A stretch of 64,000 bases of DNA from an uncultured Bacteroidales bacterium. GTDB lineage: Bacteria > Bacteroidota > Bacteroidia > Bacteroidales > Barnesiellaceae. Location of the stretch: positions 111,473-175,472 of the forward strand of contig CASFYQ010000006.1 in the NCBI GenBank assembly GCA_949298955.1, in the 5' to 3' direction. Position 1 is the stretch's first letter, and each line of letters starts with the position of its first letter. This document shows, piece by piece, positions 1-8,270 of this stretch. The translations under genes and the position numbers were made by a program. The notes below the pieces were generated by a model that made no database searches, was not told the DNA's origin, and was given only the letters and a program-made list of their open reading frames with translations.

Positions 1-168
1 GCCATGTTGAAGCTCTCGGAAATGTTGCCGTTGCTCTCGCGGCTGGAAGAGGAGGCTCCCGATTCGTGGAGCGATAGCTTGGCCGATGACCTGACACGGG
101 TACTCGTCCGAGCCGGACAGATGCGTGAGAGCCTACAATCTGTTTTAATGAAGGAGGAACAGCTATGA
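1..168 (+). CDS. 3' end of an ORF entering from the window edge (55 codons visible); function not assignable
   Basis: Frame 1 is open from nt 1 to the TGA at 166-168. The stop overlaps the ATG of the next gene (ATGA at 165-168), the usual sign of translational coupling. The visible C-terminus is acidic and helical with no recognisable domain. Confidence 0.4.
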   Translation, partial: AMLKLSEMLPLLSRLEEEAPDSWSDSLADDLTRVLVRAGQMRESLQSVLMKEEQL

Positions 169-1493
169 AACATATTCTTATCGTCGAGGACGACATCACT
201 TTTGCACTGATGTTGCAGACTTGGCTCACCAAAAAGGGCTTTGCCGTCACCACGGTCTCGGGGGTGGCTGCTGCCCGGAAATCGTTGCAGGAGGCAGAGG
301 CCGATTTGGTCCTTTGCGACCTGCGTCTGCCCGACGGCGAGGGTATCGACCTGTTGGAGTGGCTCAATGCGCGGCGACAGCCGGTGCCGGTAATCGTGAT
401 GACAAGCTATGCCGCTATCCCCTCGGCCGTGCAGGCCATGAAGCTGGGAGCCAAAGACTATATAGCCAAGCCTGTCAACCCCGAGGAGCTGTTGCAGAAA
501 ATCAACGAGGGAGTCGCGGACTCGGTTCGTGATACCGAGTCGGCGAATTTGATGCGTCGGCCCGCTTCCGAACAGAAAGAGACGGCCTATCTCGAAGGAC
601 AAAGCGAATCCGCCCGCAAACTCTATTCGTATGTGAAACTGGTAGCCCCTACCTCCATGTCGGTATTGATAAACGGTGCCAGCGGCACGGGCAAGGAGTA
701 TGTGGCCAAACGTATACACCAGTTGAGCAAACGGGCCGACGGCCCTTTTGTGGCCATCGACTGCGGGGCTATCCCCAAAGAGTTGGCGGCATCCGAGTTC
801 TTCGGCCACAAGAAGGGCTCGTTTACCGGTGCCATCGAGGACAAGACGGGGGCCTTTGTCGAGGCCGACGGTGGTACGATATTCCTCGACGAAATAGGCA
901 ACCTTAGCTACGATGTGCAGGTACAGTTGCTCAGGGTGTTGCAAGAGCGGCGGGTCAAGCCGATAGGTACAACTGCCGATGTCAAGGTCGATGTGCGGCT
1001 GATTGCTGCTACCAATGAAGATTTGAAAGCCGCTATCGCAGCGGGAACTTTCCGCGAAGATTTGTATCATCGCATCAACGAGTTTACTATCCATATGCCG
1101 CGCTTGTGCGAGCGGGGTGAAGATATTTTGCTTTTTGCCAATTTTTTTCTGGATCAGGCTAACCGCGAGTTGGAAAAACCGGTGCCGGGATTCCGTCCCG
1201 ATGCCATGGAGCAGATTTGCCGGTATCGTTGGCCCGGCAACTTGCGAGAGATGCGCAATGCGGTGATGCGGGCAGCTCTGCTTTCGCAGGGCGAACCCAT
1301 CGGGGTCGAACACCTGGGACTCGAATTTGCTACCGACAAGGGGGTGACGGCCTTGCACGACCCCGACAGCGAACGAGCCAAGATTGTGGCGGCGTTGCAG
1401 CGTTGTTCGGGCAACAAGAGTCGGGCGGCCGAGCTGTTGGGAATCGACAGGAAAACTCTGTACAATAAACTCAAATTATATCGAATCGAGTAG
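165..1493 (+). CDS. Sigma-54-dependent response regulator (NtrC/bEBP family: receiver + AAA+ + Fis-type HTH)
   Basis: N-terminal receiver domain (DLVLCDLRLPDG). Walker A GASGTGKE. GSFTGA variant of the GAFTGA sigma-54 contact loop. FLDEIG Walker B. C-terminal HTH AAELLGIDRKTLYNKLKLY. Confidence 0.93.
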   Translation: MKHILIVEDDITFALMLQTWLTKKGFAVTTVSGVAAARKSLQEAEADLVLCDLRLPDGEGIDLLEWLNARRQPVPVIVMTSYAAIPSAVQAMKLGAKDYIAKPVNPEELLQKINEGVADSVRDTESANLMRRPASEQKETAYLEGQSESARKLYSYVKLVAPTSMSVLINGASGTGKEYVAKRIHQLSKRADGPFVAIDCGAIPKELAASEFFGHKKGSFTGAIEDKTGAFVEADGGTIFLDEIGNLSYDVQVQLLRVLQERRVKPIGTTADVKVDVRLIAATNEDLKAAIAAGTFREDLYHRINEFTIHMPRLCERGEDILLFANFFLDQANRELEKPVPGFRPDAMEQICRYRWPGNLREMRNAVMRAALLSQGEPIGVEHLGLEFATDKGVTALHDPDSERAKIVAALQRCSGNKSRAAELLGIDRKTLYNKLKLYRIE

Positions 1494-1662
1494 AGGCGAG
1501 GTGTGTACCCGGGTTTTTGCCGGGCGTTTGGTCGGTTGCCGATTGCGAGATTGGGCGCGTACGAACAAGAGATTTCCCGTTCGTACGATGCCTTTTCCCT
1601 CTGCGTCACATTGTGGTTGACTCTTTGATGGCAGACCATGTGGGCGGCATCGGGATAATTTT

Positions 1663-1723
1663 GACGTGGGGCAGTGTGGAATAATTCTACACTGCCCCGC
1701 GTCGATTCTACACAATTCTACAC
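1663..1723. promoter_or_regulatory. Candidate upstream activator sequence: 15-bp-arm palindrome plus three direct ATTCTACAC repeats
   Basis: GACGTGGGGCAGTGT (1663-1677) / ACACTGCCCCGCGTC (1689-1703) form an inverted repeat with one mismatch. ATTCTACAC occurs at 1684-1692, 1705-1713 and 1715-1723, with an inverted near-copy GTGTGGAAT at 1674-1682. The block lies about 70-130 bp upstream of the -24/-12 element, the typical bEBP distance. Confidence 0.45.
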
Positions 1724-1790
1724 GTGTTGTTTTTGGGTGAATTTCTTTATCTGTTTAGTTATAAGTTTGTTAGTGTATGTGTCGAATGCT

Positions 1791-1806
1791 TGGCACGGCG
1801 ATTGTA
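1791..1806 (+). promoter_or_regulatory. Sigma-54 (-24/-12) promoter candidate
   Basis: TGGCACGGCGATTGTA versus the consensus TGGCACG-N4-TTGCW. The GG and the spacing are exact, and the only deviation is TTGT for TTGC. It lies 57 nt upstream of the ATG at 1863 and directly downstream of a sigma-54 activator gene. Confidence 0.6.
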
Positions 1807-1862
1807 TTTTCATTGGACGAAGAATGGAATAATAGAGTGTATAAAACTAAAAATGTGGAATT

Positions 1863-2201
1863 ATGAAAAAGTTAATGTTATCAGTCGCAGCACTTATGAT
1901 GTCGGTTAGCGTTTCAACTTTTGTTTCGTATGCACAGGGTCCGACCGAAGAACCGGCATCCACCGATACCGTTCCCACGCAGGAGCCTAAGAAAGACGAG
2001 CCGAAAGAAAGTGCTCTCTTGCTTTGCCTGTCCGAAGAACCGGCATCTACCGATACCGTTCCCACTCAGGAGCCTAAGAAAGACGAGCCGAAAGAAGGAA
2101 CTCTCTTGCTTTGCCTGACCGAAGAACCGGCATCTACCGATACCGTTCCCACGCAGGAACCCAAGAAAGACGAGCCGAAAGTAAACAATTTCATGGCATG
2201 A
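1863..2201 (+). CDS. Small secreted protein built of three near-identical 29-aa modules (EEPASTDTVPTQEPKKDEPKE-xx-LLLCL-S/T)
   Basis: Signal peptide MKKLMLSVAALMMSVSVSTFVSYAQ, then 2.7 tandem modules. A hairpin/T-tract terminator follows. The few substitutions between copies are synonymous or conservative. Confidence 0.7.
   Translation: MKKLMLSVAALMMSVSVSTFVSYAQGPTEEPASTDTVPTQEPKKDEPKESALLLCLSEEPASTDTVPTQEPKKDEPKEGTLLLCLTEEPASTDTVPTQEPKKDEPKVNNFMA
1947..2181 (+). repeat. 87-bp tandem repeat, about 2.7 copies, inside the small secreted protein gene
   Basis: Units start at 1947, 2034 and 2121 (GAAGAACCGGCATC...). They are near-identical at the DNA level. Confidence 0.95.
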
Positions 2202-2274
2202 CCGGTGTCATAGAGAAATAGACTAATCCCCGAAAGCGTTCTTATTTTTATCTGTTTTAGTGAAAGTGATGATT

Positions 2275-2311
2275 CCGTCACTCCCCTTCCGAAGGAGAGT
2301 GGCGGTTTTTT
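2275..2311 (+). terminator. Rho-independent terminator
   Basis: CCGTCACTCCCCTTC / GAAGGAGAGTGGCGG stem followed by TTTTTT (2306-2311). Confidence 0.7.
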
Positions 2312-2377
2312 ATACGGCTCTGTGGAAATATTAAAAGCGCAAAACCTTGTAAATAAAGGAATTGCGCTTTTGTTTAG

Positions 2378-2448
2378 TTGTCCGGGAAGGACTCGAACCC
2401 TCACAGGCGGAACCAGAATCCGAAGTGCTACCATTACACCACCGGACA
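2378..2448 (-). tRNA. tRNA-Gln (anticodon CTG)
   Basis: Manual cloverleaf on the reverse complement: acceptor TGTCCGG/CCGGACA, D stem GTGT/GCAC, anticodon loop TTCTGGT, T arm GAGGG-TTCGAGT-CCTTC. Length 71 nt; CCA not encoded. Confidence 0.9.
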
Positions 2449-2547
2449 AACTTTGTTTTTGTTTTGCGACTGCAAAGTTGCAATTTTATTTTTATATAGC
2501 CAGCGATTGATATAGGAATTTTCGGGAGGTTAACATTGTTTTACATT

Positions 2548-3312
2548 TTAACTTTTCAGAGGGAGAGCCGATTCGATGACTTGATAAGATTGCTTCAAGA
2601 GTTTATCGAGGTTATGCCCCTCATTTGCATCGGGATAGATGGGAGGGTGTATGGTGAGAACGATTTTCCCGGGTTTGAAATTGTAAGTGGTCCGGGGCAT
2701 CACGGCAAAGGCGCCGTCGATGGTGAGGGGTACCACGGGGAGTGAAAATTCTACGGCCAGTTGGAAGGCTCCACGCTTGAAGGGACGCATGGCACCGGTC
2801 CAGGTACGGGCACCTTCGGGGAACACGACGAGAGACATGCCGTTTTGTAAGGTCGATTCGGCTTTTTGCAGAGTCTCTTTGATGCTACCGGGGGTGGAGT
2901 TGTCGACAAAGATGTGGCCGGCGGCGGCACAGGCACGTCCCACGAAGGGAATGTGGCGCAGGCTTTTTTTCATCATCCACTTGAAATTGTGGTTGAGGTA
3001 TCCGTAGATGAGGAATATGTCGTAGGCACCCTGGTGGTTGGCTACGAATACGTAGGAGGTGTTTTTGTCGATGTTTTCGCGGCCTCGTACCTCGATGCGC
3101 ACGAGGGAGAATATGCAAAAGAGCCGCGACCAGATGTGAGCCGGATAGTATCCCCAGAAATTGCCGTTGCCCAGTCGGCAGCCGATGAGGGTAATGATGG
3201 CTGTGAGTAGGGTGAGTACGAGTAGTATGGGCATGGCAATGAGCCATTGGTATAGAAAGGTGAGTATTCGTAACATGTCGTTTTCGGTTTGGTTGATATG
3301 GTTTGGTTGCAA
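2548..3312 (-). CDS. plsC: 1-acyl-sn-glycerol-3-phosphate acyltransferase (PlsC family)
   Basis: HX4D motif (ANHQGAYD), FPEGARTW motif, N-terminal TM segment. Confidence 0.9.
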   Translation of the reverse strand: MQPNHINQTENDMLRILTFLYQWLIAMPILLVLTLLTAIITLIGCRLGNGNFWGYYPAHIWSRLFCIFSLVRIEVRGRENIDKNTSYVFVANHQGAYDIFLIYGYLNHNFKWMMKKSLRHIPFVGRACAAAGHIFVDNSTPGSIKETLQKAESTLQNGMSLVVFPEGARTWTGAMRPFKRGAFQLAVEFSLPVVPLTIDGAFAVMPRTTYNFKPGKIVLTIHPPIYPDANEGHNLDKLLKQSYQVIESALPLKS

Positions 3313-3478
3313 AGATAGTGCCCTCTGGGGGGTAGAAACAAATTTTAAGGGATATTCTTTTCGGGGGAGTTGCTTTTTGTGGTTGGGCAGGGTGGTGCCG
3401 GTGGTGGTGAACGGGGTGTGGTATATGCGGAAAGGCGACCTTGCGGGCCGCCTTTCCTGGGGGTGTGACGTGTGAACG

Positions 3479-4195
3479 TTATTTCGTTTTAGCTTCTACG
3501 TCGGGAGCGATGAGCTTGTATCCTTTGCCGTGGATATTGATAATCTCGATCGAGGGGTCGTCTTTGAGGTGCTTGCGCAGCTTGGTAATATAGACGTCCA
3601 TGCTTCGTGCATTGAAATAGTTGTCGTCAATCCAGATAGTTTTAAGGGCAAAGTTACGCTCGAGGATTTCGTTGACATGAGCGCAGAGGAGGCTGAGCAG
3701 CTCCGACTCCTTGGTGGTGAGTTTGGTACTCTTGTCGTCGATGGCGAGAACCTGTTTTTGAGTGTCAAAGGTAAAGCGGCCAATCTTGTACATGGTCACC
3801 TCTTTGCCTTTCTTGCCTTTTACACGGCGCAGAATGGCTTCGATACGGAACACGAGTTCTTCCATGCTGAACGGCTTGGTGATGTAGTCGTCGGCTCCGA
3901 TTTTGAATCCTTCGAGAATATCTTCTTTGAGCGATTTGGCCGTCAGGAATATGATGGGAACTTCACCGTTTACGGTACGAATTTCTTGAGCCAGCGTGAA
4001 GCCGTCTTTTTTAGGCATCATCACGTCGAGCACGCACAGGTCGTATTTGCCTTTGAGGAATGCTTTGTATCCGCTTTCTCCGTCGGAGAAGAGGTCGGCT
4101 GCATAGCCTTTGGCTTGCAGATACTCTCTTAACAGCATACCCAGATTTTCATCATCTTCGCAGAGTAGAATACGCAATCTTTCTTCCATAATCAT
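3479..4195 (-). CDS. rprY: OmpR-family response regulator, RprY-like
   Basis: Receiver domain (ILLCEDDENLGMLLREYL...VLDVMMPKKDG) plus a winged-helix C-terminus. 4-nt overlap with the upstream kinase gene. Confidence 0.88.
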   Translation of the reverse strand: MIMEERLRILLCEDDENLGMLLREYLQAKGYAADLFSDGESGYKAFLKGKYDLCVLDVMMPKKDGFTLAQEIRTVNGEVPIIFLTAKSLKEDILEGFKIGADDYITKPFSMEELVFRIEAILRRVKGKKGKEVTMYKIGRFTFDTQKQVLAIDDKSTKLTTKESELLSLLCAHVNEILERNFALKTIWIDDNYFNARSMDVYITKLRKHLKDDPSIEIINIHGKGYKLIAPDVEAKTK

Positions 4196-5727
4196 TTGTT
4201 TTTTATTAGTGGTAGTGTAATTATAAATGTCGAACCTTGGTTGAGCTCGCTTTCTACGCGGATATCGCCTTTGAGGTCGGTGATGATTTTATGGACGTAG
4301 GCGAGGCCCAGTCCGAATCCTTTTACATCGTGGCGGTTGCCGGTAGACACGCGATAGAACTTGTCGAATATTTTTTTGAGGTCTTCCCGTTTGATGCCTA
4401 TACCGTTGTCGCGAATCGATATTTCTACCTTGTCGCCGATGGTGCGGGTGCGAATGAAGAGCGACAGGGGTTCTTCTTCGCGGCGGTATTTCACGGCGTT
4501 GTCGAGCAGGTTGAATATGACGTTGGTAAAGTGCATTTCGTCGACCGATACGATGGCGTCTTCGGCTTCGAGGTCGGCATCGATTACGCCGCCGTATTTC
4601 TCGACTTTGAGTTTGAAGGTGCTCATGACGCTTGTGACGATGTCGTTCACGTCGACATTATGCAGTTTCATGAGGGTTTTCTGCCGGTCGAACATCGACA
4701 TCTGCAACACCTTTTCGACCTGGAAGCGCAGGCGCTTGGTCTCGTCGTTGATTACGCCCGATATATGTTGGAATAGGGCGGGGCTCTTTGACACCGAGGG
4801 GTCGTTGAGCATCTGTGCGGCCAGCGATATGGTCGATATGGGAGTCTTGAACTCGTGGGTCATGTTGTTGATAAAGTCGTTTTTCATCTCGGTGAGCTTC
4901 TTTTGACGGAAGGCTACGATGATGGTGAAAAGGAAAGTTACCAGCAGGATAAAGGTGAAGGCAAACGAGGGTATCATGAACTTGACCGAACTCGATATGT
5001 AGTTCCGCTTGGTGGGGAAATAGACCTTCAAATAGTTGATTTTGGCCGGCGGATCGTTGGGGAAGATGGCTTGCGTGAAGAGGTTCCCCTCAATCTTGGG
5101 GTCGTATTGGTTGGAGCTGTACAGAATTTCTTCGTTTTTGTTGTAGATGGCAAATTGGAACGGGAGATTGAGTCCATTGTTCTCAAACTCCGATTTCAGA
5201 TATATTTCCAGCTTTTTGATGTCGATACGTTCCATTACGGGCCGGTTGCTGGCTTTGCTTAGCATGTTGAGTATCACCTCGTTCAGCAATCCTTTCTGGT
5301 AGAGGTATTGCCCCTTGCGGGCCTCTTGCATGTTGCGGTAGGTGCTGATGAGGGTATTGTGGTCTTTGATGCGTGGTGCGGCCGGGGTGATGATGGTGCT
5401 GGTCTGCTCTCTGAACGAGAACACGGTCCCGTCGGGCGATACGATGGAAAATTGGTGATGCGTGGCAATGTCTTGTTTGTCGTTGCGCTGCTCATACGAG
5501 GAGAGCATTTTTTTCTCCTCCTCTTCCAGATATTCGTCGAGATAGCGTTGGGTTTCGTCGAGTTCGAGGCTTGTCGATACGGCATACAGGCTCCGCTTGA
5601 CGGCTTCGGTAAATTGCTCGTTTCTCATTTTTATCATGTTCTCCATATACATGATTTGTACATAGAGCAGCCCGATAAATGTGAGAGCCATGATGATGGC
5701 CAGTAGCCAGATGGTTGACTTTTTCAT
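4192..5727 (-). CDS. rprX: Sensor histidine kinase, RprX-like
   Basis: Two TM segments. H-box HEFKTPISTISL. N, G1 and G2 boxes (NLLDNAVKY, RDNGIGI, GFGLGL). Confidence 0.88.
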   Translation of the reverse strand: MKKSTIWLLAIIMALTFIGLLYVQIMYMENMIKMRNEQFTEAVKRSLYAVSTSLELDETQRYLDEYLEEEEKKMLSSYEQRNDKQDIATHHQFSIVSPDGTVFSFREQTSTIITPAAPRIKDHNTLISTYRNMQEARKGQYLYQKGLLNEVILNMLSKASNRPVMERIDIKKLEIYLKSEFENNGLNLPFQFAIYNKNEEILYSSNQYDPKIEGNLFTQAIFPNDPPAKINYLKVYFPTKRNYISSSVKFMIPSFAFTFILLVTFLFTIIVAFRQKKLTEMKNDFINNMTHEFKTPISTISLAAQMLNDPSVSKSPALFQHISGVINDETKRLRFQVEKVLQMSMFDRQKTLMKLHNVDVNDIVTSVMSTFKLKVEKYGGVIDADLEAEDAIVSVDEMHFTNVIFNLLDNAVKYRREEEPLSLFIRTRTIGDKVEISIRDNGIGIKREDLKKIFDKFYRVSTGNRHDVKGFGLGLAYVHKIITDLKGDIRVESELNQGSTFIITLPLIKNK

Positions 5728-5904
5728 TGTGTTTGCCTCGCAGTCTTTTTCCGTTTGAACGGGAGCCGGTGTTTGAGTTTTACATCATTTGTACAAATTT
5801 ATTACATAAACACCCAATCTCCCGTTTTTGTTTTATTTTTATGAAAACCTATAAATACTTAGTGTTAACACTTTCCTGCAAATTTAACAAACAAATGTTT
5901 ATAT

Positions 5905-5935
5905 GCAAAAAAGCCGCTGGGAAAAACCAGCGGCT
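5905..5935 (-). terminator. Rho-independent terminator downstream of the EF-G paralog
   Basis: AGCCGCTGG / CCAGCGGCT stem. On the minus strand it is followed by TTTTTTG. Confidence 0.7.
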
Positions 5936-5961
5936 TTTTATTTATTTAACAGAAAAGGGGC

Positions 5962-8121
5962 TTATTCGTCGGTTTGTTCGGCTTCGTAGGCTTTGAGCAG
6001 TTTCTCTTGAACGTCGGAAGGCACGAGTTCATACGAGGCGAATTTCATCGAGAAAGAGGAGCGTCCGCCGGTAATCGAGCTGAGGGCGGTCGAGTAGGAC
6101 GACATCTCTTTCAGGGGTACCTTTGCGGTAATTTTTTCGAATCCTTTTTCGCTTTCCATGCCCATGATGATGGCGCGGCGTCCTTGCAGGTCGCTCATGA
6201 CATCGCCCATGACGTCGGACGGAGTGAGTACCTCTACGTCGTAGATGGGCTCGAGAATCTTAGGCCCGGCATTGCGGAATGCCTCGCTGAATGCGTTGCG
6301 GCCGGCCAGGCGGAAGGAGATTTCGTTCGAGTCTACCGGGTGCATCTTACCGTCGTAGATACATACTCTCACGTCGCGGGCATAAGAGCCGGTGAGGGGG
6401 CCTTGCTCCATGCGGTCCATCAATCCTTTGACGATAGCCGGGATAAACCGGGCGTCGATGGCGCCGCCCACGATACAGTTGCATACGACCAGTTTGCCAC
6501 CCCATTCGAGGTCTATGGTCTGGGTGTCGCGCACGTTCATGCGATATTCCTGGTTGTTGAACTTGTAGACATCGGGAGCCGGCATGCCTTCGTAGTAGGG
6601 TTCGACGATGAGGTGAACCTCGCCGAATTGTCCGGCACCACCCGACTGTTTCTTGTGGCGGTAGTCGGCCCGGGCTGCTTTGGTGATGGTTTCACGGTAG
6701 GGGATGCGTGGTTCGACAAACTCGACGGCGAGTTTGTCGTTGTTCTCGATGCGCCATTTGAGGGTGCGCAGGTGAAATTCGCCCTGTCCCGATACGATGG
6801 TTTGCTTCAACTCTTTCGATTGTTCGATTTGCCAAGTGGGGTCTTCTTCGTGCATGCGGGTGAGGATTTCGCTCAGTTTCTCGGCATCGGCCTCGTTGGC
6901 GGGCTTGATGGCCCGCTGGTATTTGGGAGCCGGGTATTTGATGAAATCGAAATGGTATTCGCAGCCTTTGGCGTTAAGGGTGTTGCCGGTGCGCACGTCT
7001 TTGAGTTTGACCGATGCACCTATGTCGCCGGCTACGAGTTCGTCGACCGGGGTGCGTATCTGTCCGCACACGCAGAAGAGCTGGGCCAGACGTTCGCGAC
7101 CGTCGCCGCGGTCTACGTTCACCAGGTCGTCGCCTTGATGTACGGTACCCGACATTACTTTGAAATAGGAAACCTCGCCGATGTGGGGCTCGACCGTCGT
7201 CTTGAAGAAGAAGAGGCTCGTGGGGCCGTTGGCGTCGGGGGTAACCTCCTCGCCGGCGGTGTTCAGGGGTTTGGGCATCTCCGATACGAAAGGTACCACG
7301 TTGCCGAGAAATTCCATCATACGGCGCACACCCATGTCGCGCAAGGCACTCACGCAGAATACGGGATAGATGCTGCGGGTAACCAATCCTTTACGGATAC
7401 CTTCGCGCATCTCGTCTTCGGTCAAGGAGCCTTGGTCGAAGAATTTCTCCATCAGGGTCTCGTCGTTTTCGGCTGCGGCTTCGACCAGTTTTTGGTTCAG
7501 TTCCCGGGCTTTTTCCATTTCGCTCTCGGGGATTTCCGATATGGTGGGCTTGCCACCCTCGGGTGACCAGCTATACATTTTCATAAGGAGTACGTCGATC
7601 ATGGCGTTGAACGACGGCCCGCAGCTGAGCGGGTATTGCACTTGTACGATTCGGTTCCCGAATGTTTCGCGCATCTGGTTGATTACGTTCTCGTAATCGG
7701 CCTTTTCGCCGTCGAGTTGGTTCATGGCGAAAAGAACGGGTTTGTTCAGTTTCTCGGCGGTACGGAAAATGTTTTGAGTACCCACTTCGACTCCATATTG
7801 CGAGTCGATGACGATAACTCCCGTATCCGTCACATTGAGGGCGGTAATGGCGTTACCCACGAAGTCGTCGGCTCCCGGGCAATCTATTACGTTGAGTTTC
7901 TTCCCTAAAAATTCGGCATAAAAAACTGTGGAAAAGACCGAGTAGCCATACTCTTTTTCCACAGGGAAATAGTCCGATACGGTGTTTTTACCTTCGATGG
8001 TCCCGCGGCGTTTTATTACACCACACTCGTAGAGCATAGCTTCTGCGAGGGTGGTCTTACCCGAGCCTTTGCTGCCCAACAGGGCAATGTTTTTGATTTC
8101 GTGAGATTGATAAACTTTCAT
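5962..8121 (-). CDS. Elongation factor G paralog (EF-G2-like translational GTPase with non-canonical G motifs)
   Basis: Five-domain EF-G architecture over 719 aa. The P-loop is GSKGSGKT, G3 is DCPGADDF (Ala where the catalytic His sits in DTPGH), and G4 is NQLD. Confidence 0.9.
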   Translation of the reverse strand: MKVYQSHEIKNIALLGSKGSGKTTLAEAMLYECGVIKRRGTIEGKNTVSDYFPVEKEYGYSVFSTVFYAEFLGKKLNVIDCPGADDFVGNAITALNVTDTGVIVIDSQYGVEVGTQNIFRTAEKLNKPVLFAMNQLDGEKADYENVINQMRETFGNRIVQVQYPLSCGPSFNAMIDVLLMKMYSWSPEGGKPTISEIPESEMEKARELNQKLVEAAAENDETLMEKFFDQGSLTEDEMREGIRKGLVTRSIYPVFCVSALRDMGVRRMMEFLGNVVPFVSEMPKPLNTAGEEVTPDANGPTSLFFFKTTVEPHIGEVSYFKVMSGTVHQGDDLVNVDRGDGRERLAQLFCVCGQIRTPVDELVAGDIGASVKLKDVRTGNTLNAKGCEYHFDFIKYPAPKYQRAIKPANEADAEKLSEILTRMHEEDPTWQIEQSKELKQTIVSGQGEFHLRTLKWRIENNDKLAVEFVEPRIPYRETITKAARADYRHKKQSGGAGQFGEVHLIVEPYYEGMPAPDVYKFNNQEYRMNVRDTQTIDLEWGGKLVVCNCIVGGAIDARFIPAIVKGLMDRMEQGPLTGSYARDVRVCIYDGKMHPVDSNEISFRLAGRNAFSEAFRNAGPKILEPIYDVEVLTPSDVMGDVMSDLQGRRAIIMGMESEKGFEKITAKVPLKEMSSYSTALSSITGGRSSFSMKFASYELVPSDVQEKLLKAYEAEQTDE

Positions 8122-8270
8122 GATATTAAAGTTTTTAATAAAACAAGAACGCTTGTGTGCGTTTGAAACAAAGCGTTCGCAAAATATGAATTATATTTTG
8201 AAAAAGCAATGCCGGGAACTATGTTACAAAACATTGTTTATGAATCGGAATTTCGTATTTTTGTACCGCA

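Noticed and set aside
1724-1909. A 61-aa ORF spanning the sigma-54 promoter region.
   Set aside because: It overlaps the promoter and the start of the better-supported secreted repeat-protein gene in another frame, and its translation is implausible.
5974-7566. Long antisense ORFs opposite real genes, e.g. 5974-7566(+) opposite the EF-G paralog, 15168-16472(+) opposite ABC-F, 25055-26035(+) opposite the T9SS cargo, 27356-28417(-) opposite nadE, 35361-36416(-) opposite cinA, 47013-48017(-) opposite GH3, and 62237-63502(+) opposite pgk.
   Set aside because: Their translations are low-complexity (Gly/Val/Arg/Ala-rich) with no motifs, while the opposite strand encodes unmistakable conserved proteins. 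This is the usual stop-codon-poor antisense frame of GC-rich coding DNA.
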